In this document: positions 1 through 34,169 of the stretch, piece by piece
Layout of the letters: each line of letters begins with the position of its first letter
How positions within the stretch are numbered: position 1 is the stretch's first letter
Assembly (NCBI RefSeq): GCF_001194135.2
Contig: NC_068992.1
Coordinates: 64,130,528 to 64,194,527 of the forward strand
Source of the DNA: Octopus bimaculoides
Lineage: Eukaryota
Reading direction: 5' to 3'
DNA: 64,000 nucleotides
Program-made: the position numbers and the translations under genes
Notes under the pieces: generated by a model
Seen by the model: only the letters and a program-made list of their open reading frames with translations
The model's database searches: none
What the model was told of the DNA's origin: nothing

Positions 1-100
1 GAGCTCCTAGTGGGAAATTGATTGGTAAGATCAGCCATAATGGATATATATTACTGTACACTTTGATTAATGTATACATAAAAAACAATAAACGTTGCCC

Positions 101-398
101 TTTCAAAGCCTCGCCAGGCTCATGGGCCCGGTTTCCCGGTTTCTATGGCGTATGTGTTCCCCCCCAGCTGGACGGGATGCCAGTCCATCACAGCGTTACT
201 CAACAAACAGGAAGAAAGAGTGAGAGAAAGTTGGGGGCGAAAGAGTACAACAGGGGTCGCCACCACCTCCTGTCAGAGCCTTGTGGAGCTTAAGTGTTTT
301 CGCTCAATAAACATGCACAACGCCTGGTCTGGGAATCGAAACCGCGATCCTCTGACTGCGAGTCCGCTGCCCTAACCATTGGGCCATTGCGCCTCCAA
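101..398 (-). mobile_element. Family D tRNA-head SINE; representative copy
   Basis: Minus-strand head TGGAGGCGCAATGGCCCAATGGTTAGGG..GGTTTCGATTCCC. Related heads at about 570-685(-), 2365-3045(-), 8222-8470(+), 46575-47205(+), 48776-49125(+), 61605-61845(-). Confidence 0.7.
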
Positions 399-718
399 AT
401 ACATACATACATATACATACATATTATGAACTCTCCCGAACAACTTCACAAATGATTTGTTTATAGTGCTCAAATATTTGTGTTCACATAAACTCCCTCC
501 ATCCAATCAACATTACCTGTACAGGTGTACCATGTGCCACATGTCAGATGACAAAATAATTGCAGAGCAACATGAAATGAAGTGCTTTGCTCAAGAACAC
601 AACGCAACACCCAGTCTTGGAATCGAAACCACAATCTCATAATCATGAGTGCAACATCTTAACCACTAAGCCATGTGCCTTCACACACACACACATATGT
701 ATATATACATACATGCAT

Positions 719-762
<44 letters not shown>

Positions 763-950
763 ACACGTAAAAAGCACCCACTACACTCTCGGAGTGGTTG
801 GTATTAGGAAGGGCATCCAGCAGTAGAAATCTTGCCAGATCAGATTAGAGCCTGGGGCAGCCTCCTGGCTTGCCAGTCCTCAGTCAAACCGTCCAACCCA
901 TGCCAGCATGGAAAGCGGACGTTAAATGATGATGATGATGATGATAATGA
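763..950 (+). mobile_element. Family B retroposon with RTE-like 3' end and (GAT)n tail; representative copy
   Basis: ...CCCATGCCAGCATGGAAAGCGGACGTTAAATGATGATG. Other copies at about 11004-11166(-), 13314-13860(-), 15950-16150(+), 21924-22110(-), 49400-49690(-), 56290-56555(+), 58890-59088(+). Confidence 0.75.
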
Positions 951-2058
951 TGTATGAGTGTGCATGTGTGTGTATGTGTAATTGAGTTTTTGTTTATTTC
1001 CCTACCACTACTTGAGAATCAGTATTGGTTTGTTTACATCCCTATAATTTAACCATTTTGCAAAAGAAGTCAAATAGAATAAGTACCAAGTTTTAAAAAA
1101 AAGAGTCCTGGGGTTCATCTGTTTGCCGTAGCATGGCTGCAGGACAATGGCTAAAACAAATACTAAAAAAAAAGTTTAAAAAAAGGAAAGATAAAAAATG
1201 AACTTCTAAGTAGCTCACATTTTTTAATCTTTTTTTCTTCAATGTCGTGTCTTTTTCACCATTTTAAGGAAAAACTTTTCTATTCTTGAATGTCTAATCT
1301 GGAAGCCACAGGATATTCAAGTATTCAGTTTTTGCTGGAGTAACACAAGGAAATTCAGAACATAAATATAGTAAAGAGTTTCCTTCTTTGTCCAGCCTTT
1401 ACAGTGTCCTCATGTTTAATTTTGTGCTGGAGATATTTTTTCAACAGTAAGTATTGACTAAACAGATTTAGTAAGAATTGATTTGTTTTCAATACAGAGA
1501 TCAATTAAGTGCTTTTGTGCTAAATAGTTTTACAGTAGTAATTAAATAATTTTAATAAGGTTTCAGTTAAAGCATTTTTGTTAATGATTGGTTAAATAAT
1601 TTCCATTGGTGAATGGATTTCGTAAAGATTAATTTAAACATTTTGATAAGAGTTTCGAAATAAAGAATAGTTGATTATTTTTGGATTAAATAGTTTTTAA
1701 ATGAGAATTGATAAAAATAGATTTTATTAATGTTTGGTTAATTAAATGTTAGTGAGAATGAGAAAATGATAAAAAAATTTACTAATGACTGATTAGATTA
1801 TTTTTATTAAAGCTTAATTTAATTGGTTTAGTAAGTAGTGGTTAAATAGTTTTAAATTAGGATTGATTAATTCATTTGGGCACAGATTTGGCTATGTGAA
1901 CCACATGGTTTCAGGTTCAGTCCCTTTGTGCAGCACCTTAGACCCGTGTCTTCTAATATAGCCCCAGACTGACTGATGTGAGTGAATTTGGCTGAAGGAA
2001 ACTGTATGGAAGCCTGTCAGTATGTATGTATGTATACACACACACACACACACACATA

Positions 2059-2098
<40 letters not shown>

Positions 2099-2753
2099 GT
2101 GTGTCCTCTTGGAGCACATCTGCTTATTCCAGTATTACAATCCAGTTTGTAGTTGTTTTAGTTGTATTATTTGATTCTTTGAAGAATTTTTAATAGCAAA
2201 TTTCTTATATGTTCATCCAACACCTATGACTTTGTAATTCCTATTAGCAAATGAAACATGTGTAATGGTGAATAAATAATACCAAGAATGTTTTTCCAAC
2301 TTTCTGTTTTGATATCTATATCTATATCTATATATCTATATATCTATANNNNNNNNNNTATGTAGTTATACAAATATTTAAAAAGAGGTCATGGGTGGAA
2401 TGCTTTTGATCAGAGGCCTCCTCAATCAGAACTGACCTGATATATTAACAAGTGAGATTCTGTTATGACAGTGAGTATTCCAGTTGATCTGATCAGTGAA
2501 ACAGCCTACTCACGAAATTAACATGTGAGTGGCTGAGTACTCCATAGACACACGTAATCTTAACATAGTTCTCAGGGAGATTCAGTGTGATACACAAAAT
2601 GTGACGAGGTAAACCCTTTGAAATACAGGTGCTGTTCATTTTTGCCAGCTGAGTGGACTGGAGCAACGTGAAATAAGTGTCTTGCTTAAGGACACAACAG
2701 GCCATTGGGAATTGAACTCACAGCCTTATGATCATGAGCCAAATACCCTAACC

Positions 2754-3019
2754 CACTGGTTCTCAAAGTGGGAGGTATTTCCCCCTTGGGGGCAGTGGAA
2801 AGTTCCAAGGGGGCATTGAAGAAAAGCGGGGCGATAATGGGGGTAGCAATTCATGTAAAAACAACAAAATAATGGATTCATTTCTATTTGTGAAATAGTT
2901 GCTTTGAATTTGCTTCAGAAAGAGGTCTAGGTTTGTGATGGTTAGTTGGGGTGGGGACACTAAGAATGTGGTCTGGGTGTCAAGGGGGCAGCAGCCCAAA
3001 AAAAGTTTGGGAACCACTA
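2754..3019. mobile_element. hAT-family MITE inserted in a SINE head
   Basis: TIR-like CACTGGTTCTCAAAG / AGTTTGGGAACCACTA; perfect 8-bp TSD CCCTAACC at 2746-2753 and 3020-3027. Confidence 0.8.
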
Positions 3020-3112
3020 CCCTAACCCATGAACCATGTGCCTTCACAGTGTGTATATATACACATGATAAGTTTCTACTCACAAGTCATTGTTCAACCT
3101 GAGGTTATAGTA

Positions 3113-3358
3113 CAGTGGTCCCCAAACTTTTATGAGTTGCTGCCCCCTTGGCACCCAGGCCACATTCATAGTGTCTCACTACCATAAACATAAACCATTT
3201 TTTGTAGCAAACTGAAAGCAATTGTATTTCACAAATAAAACTTAACCTAAAGAACCCATTATTTTGGTCACTCCATTATTACCCCACTTCTCTTCAATGC
3301 CTCCTGAATCTCACTACTGCTCCCAGAGGGGCAGTACTGCCCACTCTGGGAATCACTG
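3113..3358. mobile_element. Second hAT-like MITE, related to 2754-3019 in inverted orientation
   Basis: CAGTGGTCCCCAAA ... GGGAATCACTG ends; shares internal sequence with the neighbouring element; no clear TSD. Confidence 0.6.
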
Positions 3359-4212
3359 CCACAACAACAATAATAATAATAACAGCAACATTTTCTTTCT
3401 CACCTTTTTTTGTTCTTCCCTTGTATGTCTATCTCTTTTTTACTTTCTTTTTTCTTCAGTATAAAAGAAAAGAAAAAACCCATTATAATTAAGACATTTA
3501 CCCAAGGTGCTGGTACAGAAGACTGAACTTGAAACCCCGTGGTTGCTAGGAGAACTTTCTTAGCCACACAGCCATGCCAATATGAAGCCTAAAATAAATT
3601 TAAAATGAAATAAAATCAAGGAAGTACTAAGCATAACTCCAAGAAACTGTAGAACCACAACAGTTGTATGGTTTCTGAAATAGGTAGTGGGTCGTTTTCC
3701 AAATAAAGATGATTTTCAGAGAGAAATTTGATCAAAATCTTCCTGTAGTCATGACTGTTGACATTAGCTGTGCTTCTCTGTCCATTTCCTTGCACCTTCG
3801 GACTGAAACAGCAAGATACAGAGGTCAGTAGGTGCCATTTTTTCTTCAGTTTCAAGTTTCTTGTCACCTTGTGTATTCAATGTTGAAGCACGTCTGCACA
3901 TGACTCTCTCTCTCTCTCTCTCTTTTTTTATTGATACAAGAAACATTTCTGAATGAGTTGTTAAGGTTCGCAAAAAGCTGTCAGTAACAACAACAGCAAT
4001 AACAACAACAACAATAACAATAATATTTTCTTTCTCACCTTTTTTCTTCTTTCTTTCTATATTTATCTCCTTTTCACATTTTTTTCTTGAGTAAAAAAAA
4101 AAGCCCCATTATAATTAAGACATTTGCTGTGACCTTTCCCAGTGAGCAAACAAAAGTGACAAGTGTATCTATTCCTTATTTTTATGGAAACTGAACTTTT
4201 TTGTGTTTGTTT

Positions 4213-4281
<69 letters not shown>

Positions 4282-4455
4282 NNNNNNNNNNNNNNNNNNN
4301 NNNNNNNNNNNNNNNNNNNNNNNNNNNNNNNNNNNNNNNNNNNNNNNNNNNNNNNNNNNNNNNNNNNNNNNNNNNNNNNNNNNNNNNNNNNNNNNNNNNN
4401 NNNNNNNNNNNNNNNNNNNNNNNNNNNNNNNNNNNNNNNNNNNNNNNNNNNNNNN

Positions 4456-4500
<45 letters not shown>

Positions 4501-4524
4501 CCTTCTTATCAACTTATCTGTCTG

Positions 4525-4568
<44 letters not shown>

Positions 4569-4647
4569 CTACCTACCTATTTGACAGTCTGTCTGTCCAT
4601 CCCACCTCTGTCTCTTTACCAGATATTTCTAAAAACAAAAAAAATTC

Positions 4648-25559
<20,912 letters not shown>

Positions 25560-27544
25560 AGGAATGGTCACTTATCTTTTAAATAAATAACCAGCAACAC
25601 TTAATACCGCATTTATATTTACGTTCTGTCTTTTGTGTTTAATCGTGTCTATCTCTAGTTTCTAACTCGACGATGTATTGTAGAATACATTTTTTCTTAT
25701 GTTTTTGTATTTCCTCTTTTTCTTCTTTTAATGGTAGATGAAACCGCTTATTTCCTTTATTCATTTGTTTTTCCTATAGACACTTAAAGCGATATAGCGA
25801 TTTCTGGCCTCAAATATCTAATATATACGTTGGTAAAAACTTGCTATAAATCAGTAGACATCTTCGATTTGATTGTTCGATACGTATTATTAAAATATTT
25901 ACTAAAAAGTACAAAGAAAAAAAAGAAAGAAAATATAAAAGAAAAGATAATTATCATTATATTGGTTGAATTGTTAAAGCGTCGGATGAAATAACTTGTG
26001 GGATTTAGTTACGGTTTCCTCCTTTCTGAGTTCAAGTCCAGCCGAGGTCAACTTTGCCCTTTGTTGCTCCGGGGTCGAAAGTACCAGTCAAGTACTGGGC
26101 TTGATTTAATCGACTAACCTCTTCCAACTAAAATTTCAAGCCCTATGCCTCTGCGAGAAACATCACCATCATTAGCACCACGGAAGGCGGCGAGCTGGTA
26201 GAACCGTTAACATGTCGGATAAAATGTATTGTGGCATTTCTCCTGACTCTTTACGTTCTGAGTTCCAATGCCATCGAGGTCGTCTTGGCTTTTCTTCTTT
26301 TCGGTGTCGATAAAATAAAGTACCAGTCAAGTACTCCTTCCCTGCCAACATTTGAAACCATTATGATCATCGTTGTTGTAAGAGAACACAAGCTGTCAGT
26401 TATCCCGTTTAACCCTTGGTCATTCCCTATGAGAGTCATCATACGACTGGAGTTTCGAAATAGATATCACACTTCATGGGATAAACAGAGGGCAAAGAAT
26501 TAAGTGGGATGCGCTTTTCCTTTCCCACGAAGAAGTGATAACCATTCACAAACTCCTCCCAAATATAACAAGCATTGTAGCTATGAACCAACTCGTCTCT
26601 TTTTTTCTCTCCAGAAACCTATGGTAGGTCAACTTTGCCTTTCATCCTTTCAGGGTTGATGAAATAAAGTACCAATGAATCACTGCGGTCGATCTAATCG
26701 ACCCCCACTCACTGAAAGTTGCTGGCCATGTGCTAAAATTTGCAGCAATTATTTAATGTGCTCTTAATTCTGCTGAGGTCGGCTTTGATTTTCATCCCAA
26801 CGAGGTCAATAAGATAAACACCAGTTAAGCATTGAAGTTGATGCAATCAATTTACCCACTTTCTCCTAAAATTGCCAGCTCTGTGCCAGAATTTGAAACT
26901 TTTATTTAATGTGCTGTCATCTGATTATGGAATATAATTTGAGGGAGATTTGGTTGCCATTTCTGACAGGTCGAACGACTGTGTAGAACAGGCTCGGGCA
27001 ACTCCGTTCGAGAAGCGGACCATATGAGACATGATTCAGCATAGGGCAGGCCACACTACTAAAACAATTCAACATAATTTTTCGTTGAGCGTGCCATTCG
27101 GAAAGTCCCGCGGACCGCAGTTTGCCCACGGCTTTCATATTGGCTCGTTTTGTAGATGTTATTTTAGATATCGGTGTTCTTGTTGTCTTTATCGATTACA
27201 TGTTATCGGTTATTATAATCATATACATACACATATTCACACCGAAAGGCTTCAGGTTTATTTTTGAGCGTCAGATAATCAATAACCCTTTGATATAAAC
27301 TTTTCTCCACTTTTGTCGTTGATAGCCCGGCATTTTCAGGCAGAGTGGATCAACGAACGAACTCTTTCAATTCACACATATATCAATTAAGACTCTTGAC
27401 TACGTCTTTGTTTCCTGGCTTTTTGTTGTACTTTATTTTTTGTTACCTTCTTCTCACACATCACTTTCCATTTACTAGCTGCTCCCCGCCGCACATACAT
27501 ACACATACGCACGCACGCATATGCACAGACACACGTAAGTACGA

Positions 27545-27583
<39 letters not shown>

Positions 27584-28705
27584 AACATACACGCATACAC
27601 ATGCACATACAAGCACGGACACATACATACATAAACTCAGGTATACATACACACAGACATGCACAAGTACGAACACGCACACACATACCCAAACATGCAA
27701 CCACACATACGCACATACACATACAAACACACACACTGGCACGTAAGCACTCACACATACACACGCGCGCGCGCGCGCACAAATGCACCCACCTACACAC
27801 GCACATACACACACATGTACACACTCATACACTGATCCATTAAAGATCAACTTGAATAAACAAACAAGAATGGGTTTTCGTTTGCCTTTTAGTGAGCAAA
27901 AATTTGTCGACATTTTTGTAAAGTAAAAGCTTTTTAATCAGATACAGTTTACAAAATAAAGATTTTCCTACAAAAAAGGAGTCATTTGTGTCAACATCTT
28001 TCTGAAACATCAACCAGTTTAGTAGTTTTTCATTATTAGTTTTTAAAACGTTTACACACATTACGGCTCTAACCACCAATTGTTTTTGTTGCTTTGGGCA
28101 TACGTCATTTAAGTTGGAGAAATGAATATAGAAAATTTCATATTTTTGGCACAAGACCAGCAATTTCGGGGGCGGAGGAAAGTCGATTATATTGACCTCA
28201 GTGCTCAACTGGCACTTATTTTATCGACTTCAAAAGGATGAAAGGCAAATTGACGTCGGCGGTATTTGAACTCAGAACGTCAAGATGAACGAAGTGCCGC
28301 TAAGCATCTTGCCTGGCGTACTAACGACTCTACCGGCTCACCGCCTTAAAGGCATTAATAAGTATTTGTAATAGTTTTTTTCCTTCTATAATTTGTATTA
28401 TTTGCTCGTGATCGGCTTTAATCTTTCTGGGGGACAATTTAGATTTCCACCAGGGTTTAAAGAGGAAAAGCAAGCCAGTGGCTGACGCGACTCTCAAGAG
28501 CCAAAGGCGAGTATTTCATGAGGCGGGAGTCTTTTTTTTGTTTTTTTGTTTTCATGTATACCTCAACAGAACCACCATAAGCTACAAACTTACCAGAATT
28601 TGAATGTCAAAAAGGACAATCATGTAAGATAAATATATAGAATAATGTATGCAACAAAAACGCCATAAACTGAGAAACAAAGAACTCCAGAAACAGTACA
28701 TGAAC

Positions 28706-29120
28706 TACGAGGGTCGGTGTGACCAAATGAGATTTATTGTTCTGTAATCTATATAGTCCCCCTTGCAGTCCACACACACTTCTTCCATCGGTGTTATAGT
28801 GCTTGGATCCCATTGGTGAAGAAGCTTTCAACCTGTTGCTCAAAAAAGTCATTAATAACGGACATGGCATCGTCATCATTGCGATACTACTTCCCGGCCT
28901 GTTTTTTGGGGGGTTTTTTTCATGTTGGGGAACAGTTGGTAGTCAGATGGAACCAAATCAGGAAATAAGGTGAGTGATCAACCAGTTGACAGCCACAGTT
29001 ACGCACAGCAGCCATTGAAATGTAGGACTTATGTGCTGGAACATTGTTCTGATGAAACAAGACCCTTTCGTCTGTTTTCCTGAACATTTTGTCTTGTTAG
29101 CCTTTCATAACTGCCTCAGC
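28706..29120 (-). mobile_element. Mariner transposon 3' remnant
   Basis: Terminal TACGAGGG TIR; frameshifted transposase C-terminus (NDDDAMSVINDF, ESFFTNGIQAL, RWKKCVDCKGDYI). Confidence 0.75.
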
Positions 29121-30638
29121 ATGTATAATTTCAATGAAAGACAATTTAAAACCACGGAAACATAAAATATAGAATGTTCACAATCAACAACAGCAGAACG
29201 CGCACACACACTCACACAAACAAGCATATCGAGCGCATACGTCTATATGTCTCATCTTCAGCTGCCAAATGGATATCCTTATGGTTTCGACACCTGAGCA
29301 GTACCATTCAATCCGACAGTGATATTTGCGGTGTATTTCTTGGAGATAGAGTCGGGCATACTCTGGTGAGGAGATGAGGTCTCTATGTATATTCATAAAT
29401 GAAATATTCTTGATATCACTATATATATATATATATNNNNNNNNNNNNNNNNNNNNNNNNNNNNNNNNNNNNNNNNNNNNNNNNNNNNNNNNNNNNNNNN
29501 NNNNNNNNNNNNNNNNNNNNNNNNNNNNNNNNNNNNNNNNNNNNNNNNNNNNNNNNNNNNNNNNNNNNNNNNNNNNNNNNNNNNNNNNNNNNNNNNNNNN
29601 NNNNNNNNNNNNNNNNNNNNNNNNNNNNNNNNNNNNNNNNNNNNNNNNNNNNNNNNNNNNNNNNNNNNNNNNNNNNNNNNNNNNNNNNNNNNNNNNNNNN
29701 NNNNNNNNNNNNNNNNNNNNNNNNNNNNNNNNNNNNNNNNNNNNNNNNNNNNNNNNNNNNNNNNNNNNNNNNNNNNNNNNNNNNNNNNNNNNNNNNNNNN
29801 NNNNNNNNNNNNNNNNNNNNNNNNNNNNNNNNNNNNNNNNNNNNNNNNNNNNNNNNNNNNNNNNNNNNNNNNNNNNNNNNNNNNNNNNNNNNNNNGAAGT
29901 AAAAAGGTTAATTTTGGCCTGTGTGTTCGTATTGTAGTAGTAAACCATAGAGAGAGATATGGTAATGTGCAGAGAAGACAAAGTGAGTTAGTGAAAGTGA
30001 GAAAGTGTGGGAAGTCTCATAGCTGCCGACAGTAGATTTCATTTCTCCATTTGACCATTGTCTTTAGTAGCTACTACCTAACTGATGGTAGCTGTCTCTG
30101 ACTCGAGTTTGTCATTCATTAACTAACTGATTGAGTTGTCACGAGCCGACTAACTCAGTTGTCACCAAGTCACTAACTGATTTTTGCTTGGGGGTTCTTG
30201 CTTTTATAACTATCCAGAAGGATAGATATATCGTTGAGAACAATAGATTTAGTTGGTGGTCTTGTTATCTCTATCTTAGCTTTTGGTGGAGTAGAAGAGG
30301 TTAGAAAGGGTCAAGTGGTGAAGGCATTATTTCAGCCTAGCTAAAGGCATCTGGAAAATGTAAAACTGCTGTAACAGAAAAACCATTGTTTCACCGTGGG
30401 AAAAGTTCTGTTCAACTGTTTACTTGAAATTTGGCTATGGTAGATCGAATCCACTTCATGCCTGCAATTTGCACTACGTATACACGCACACACACACACG
30501 CACACACATTTCTGTGATATATTCGTGTCATAAATTCACGATCATTTATATGGTCTGTTATAATATTTGTGTATGTATATACGTGTGTATGTATGTGTGT
30601 GCATGCATGCATGTAGTATGTATGTACGTGTGTATATT

Positions 30639-30674
<36 letters not shown>

Positions 30675-30675
<1 letters not shown>

Positions 30676-30794
30676 TACAGATAAGAAAGTAAATTTCGAA
30701 TGCAGTATAGCTGTGAAAACAAGGGGTAAAATACCCAATCATTTTGCTGTTTTCACAGCTATACTGCATTCGAAATTTGCTTCCATATCTGTAA
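30675..30794. other. 120-nt near-perfect hairpin (mini-MITE or pre-miRNA-like)
   Basis: 31-bp perfect stem 30691-30721/30748-30778, 26-nt loop, outer TTACAGATA/TATCTGTAA; TA-CAG...CTG-TA ends. Confidence 0.7.
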
Positions 30795-31073
30795 AATACC
30801 AGACACAAAGTTTGTTCATAAAACGTCATATATATACATACATACATACATACATACATANNNNNNNNNNNNNNNNNNNNNNNNNNNNNNNNNNNNNNNN
30901 NNNNNNNNNNNNNNNNNNNNNNNNNNNNNNNNNNNNNNNNNNNNNNNNNNNNNNNNNNNNNNNNNNNNNNNNNNNNNNNNNNNNNNNNNNNNNNNNNNNN
31001 NNNNNNNNNNNNNNNNNNNNNNNNNNNNNNNNNNNNNNNNNNNNNNNNNNNNNNNNNNNNNNNNNNNNNNNNN

Positions 31074-31134
<61 letters not shown>

Positions 31135-33678
31135 TTCTTTTATTTTACTTATTTTAGTCATTTGACTGCGGCCATGCTGGAGCACCGCTTTTAGTCGAAC
31201 TAATCGACCCCAGGACTTATTCTTTGTAAGCCTAGTACTTATTATATCGGATTGTTTGGCCGAACCGCTAATGTTACAGGGATGTAAACATACCAACATC
31301 GATTGTCAAACGATGGTGGGGGACAAACGCAGCCACACAAATATATACATAGATATATATACAACGGGCTTCTTTCAGTTTCCGTCCACTGACAAGGCTT
31401 TGGTCGGCTCGAGGCTACAGTAGAAGACACTTGCCCAAGGTGCCACGCAGTGGGACTGAACCCAGAACCATGTAGTTGGGAAGCAAGCTTCTTAATGATG
31501 GTAGACTATGAAGTTAAGTAATGAACCAGTCCAGAACTACCATCATTAATTTGAATCATTTGCTTGATATGTTCATGATTTCAACACCATTATGATGTAC
31601 GGTTGTATTTCATCCCATGTCTTTTCAACTTGCTTTTTTTTTTGCATGTTTTCATAGGCCAACTATGAAAGTTGTATTTGAATGTTATCTATTTTTATTG
31701 TCTGCCTGCTACTACTACTAATAATAATAAGACCCTGAGGAGATGCAGTATCCCATATTTTATTATATTTTATAATATGCATGAATCAATCTGGATATTG
31801 CATCGAAATGGTCATAGGTCATTTTCATTATTATTATAATAAAGTATTTTCAATGGATCAGTTTTGAGCTCTCATTTAAATCGACACATACACACACACA
31901 CACATACACACACACATGACGTTTTATAAACAAATAATTTCTCACCCTCAAGAAATATTTTACTCGCTATTTTCAAAATGCAATTTTAATTTATTAATTT
32001 GTAATTCGAATGAGTTGGATATGGAAACAATTATAGGTGACAGAAAAGTAATAATATGTTAATAATTTGATGTTTATCTGTTAAAGCTCCATTTTCTTCT
32101 TATCATTTACTATATATATACATATGAAATTTTTGTTATATTTTTCTTCTAGGTCTAAATTATTTATTTTCAAGAGGAATGTTAAGAGAAGGAAAGCTTT
32201 GAATACTGACCAGCTTCGATATAACTCAAGCGGTCCTACTGTCTTTAACACGAGGAAAACTTGTACTTTAAATGGGAGTCAGCTTATTGTACATGTTATT
32301 AATGAAAACAGAAATTGGGGGGGGGGGGCATATCTCTGGATATATGTAATTTGGGGGGTAAAATTTCAAATTTTTAACATGTCTTAAATTATCTTGTAAC
32401 GTCTCTGTCTCCTCCACAATTTTTATATAACTTTATTACGCTTAACTCATGTTTCCTAATACTTTTGTATATGTTTGTTTTATTGTAAACATAAATGGGC
32501 TTTGCTGGCGATAATAAAGGATTGTTGTTGTTGTTGTTGTTATTAAGACGGGAAGCTGACAAAACTGGAAGCATGCCGGGTAAAATGCTTAACAGCATCC
32601 CGTCCGTCTTTACGTTCTAAGTTCAAATTCCATCGAGGTCGACTTTGCCTTTCATCCTTTCGGTGCGGTCGATAAATTAAGTACCAGTCGAGCACTGGGG
32701 TCGATGTAATCAACTAGTCTCCCTCCCCCAAAATTTCAGGTCCTGTACCTATAATAGAAAGGATTATTGTTGTTATTAAGGTGGCAAGCTAGGCAGATGC
32801 TTAGAGGCATTTCGTCCGTCTTTGCGTTCTGAGCTCAAAACCCGCCGAGGTCAACTTTGCCCTTCATCCTTTCGGAGTCGATAAAATAAGGTTCCAATCA
32901 AGTACTAGGGCAGATGTAATTCACTTACTCGCTCCTCTTAAAATTGTTGGGTACAAGGACAACAAGAATGAAAAATATGACAGAACAATTTCTCCGTTTG
33001 TCACCTTCTAAGTCGAGTAGCTGCATCATCGGCAGCGCCATTAATTAGTACACCACAGTCACCGACTTCGCCGCCGCCACCACCACCACCATGACTTCAA
33101 CCCCTCCCCCAGCAACACCCTAACTGCCACAATTACAACTAAATATAGCTTATCTGCCTCAAACAGTTCGGTAGATGACGAACTGTAGAGCCTGTAATAT
33201 TGTGCTTTTCTGTTCATACTGGTTGAAGTGTTAAATAATGTTAACGGCTCGACTGTAAATCACTGCTGCAGAAACATGATAATTAGTGTTGTGTTGAGAC
33301 CCGCTGAAAATGCCTGAGGCGTATATGGAGTTCAAAACCTTTTACTTCTCGTGACAATAATTTCAGAACAATAGATGAGAACTTGACTTTTGTAATGTTA
33401 GAAAAAGAAAACTTTTCTGTTGGCTTTCACTTTTCAATTCCCTCAATTTTTTCTCCAATCGATTTCAAGTTAGGTGTATTGATGTAGTTTTGTATGCTAA
33501 TTATGGAAATGAAATTCATTTTTGCCTTAAATAATAAATAAAAAGTTAATAGCTTTTAAAGTTTGCAAATTTTGGGCAATTTTAGCCAATCGAATGTCAT
33601 AGACACATAGGTGCTTGTTTTCATAATAATAATAATAATAATAAAAGGGCATGAGCTAACTGTATCGACCCTCTAAAG

Positions 33679-34077
33679 CAGTGGTTCTCAACCAGAGTCT
33701 GTGTGATCATTAGGGGTCCATATGATTTTGCTGTTAAAATTTATTTGCAACGAATTGATTTTACTTCAATAATACACAAAATATTTTAACAATTTTAAAA
33801 ATACAATTCACAATACATTATTTACATTTGACGGATATTTGTCCTCATCTTGTTTGTTGTTAACAACAAACAAGATGAGGACAAATATCCGTCAAATGTA
33901 AATAATGTAAATAATTCCTTGTCTCTTAAATATAGAACTGTATTACAATTCCCAATAATCATAAAAATATGATAGGAGGTTTTAGACATGGAATGGCTAC
34001 GAGGCTTCCCCACCCACGATCCCAAGTAAAATAGGAACGAAAGGGGTCCATAGGCCAAAAATGGTTGAGAACCGCTG
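33679..34077. mobile_element. hAT-family MITE carrying a nested palindromic insertion
   Basis: TIRs CAGTGGTTCTCAACC / GGTTGAGAACCGCTG; 8-bp TSD CTCTAAAG/CTGTAAAG (7/8 match). Confidence 0.8.
33814..33909. repeat. Perfect 96-bp palindrome (no loop)
   Basis: 48-bp arms centred on GTT|AAC at 33861/33862, checked base by base. Confidence 0.9.
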
Positions 34078-34169
34078 CTGTAAAGCCAGAGTCCCCAACT
34101 ACCGGGTGGCAGACGAGTACCGGGACGTGAATAATTTGTTACCCTTAACAAGAATGAATTTTAAGATGT

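Noticed and set aside
27840-28208. 122-aa non-repetitive minus-strand ORF
   Set aside because: Starts inside a family C SINE, shows no recognisable domain and has no compatible splice partners.
28440-28545. GC-richer stretch with GACTCTC/GGGAGTC stem before a T-run (possible Pol III RNA)
   Set aside because: No recognisable A/B boxes or RNA family signature.
29240-29345. Hammerhead-like fragments on the minus strand (GTCGAAAC and CTGAAGATGAG)
   Set aside because: Core elements are in the wrong order or mutated (GATA for GAAA), with no consistent stems I/III.
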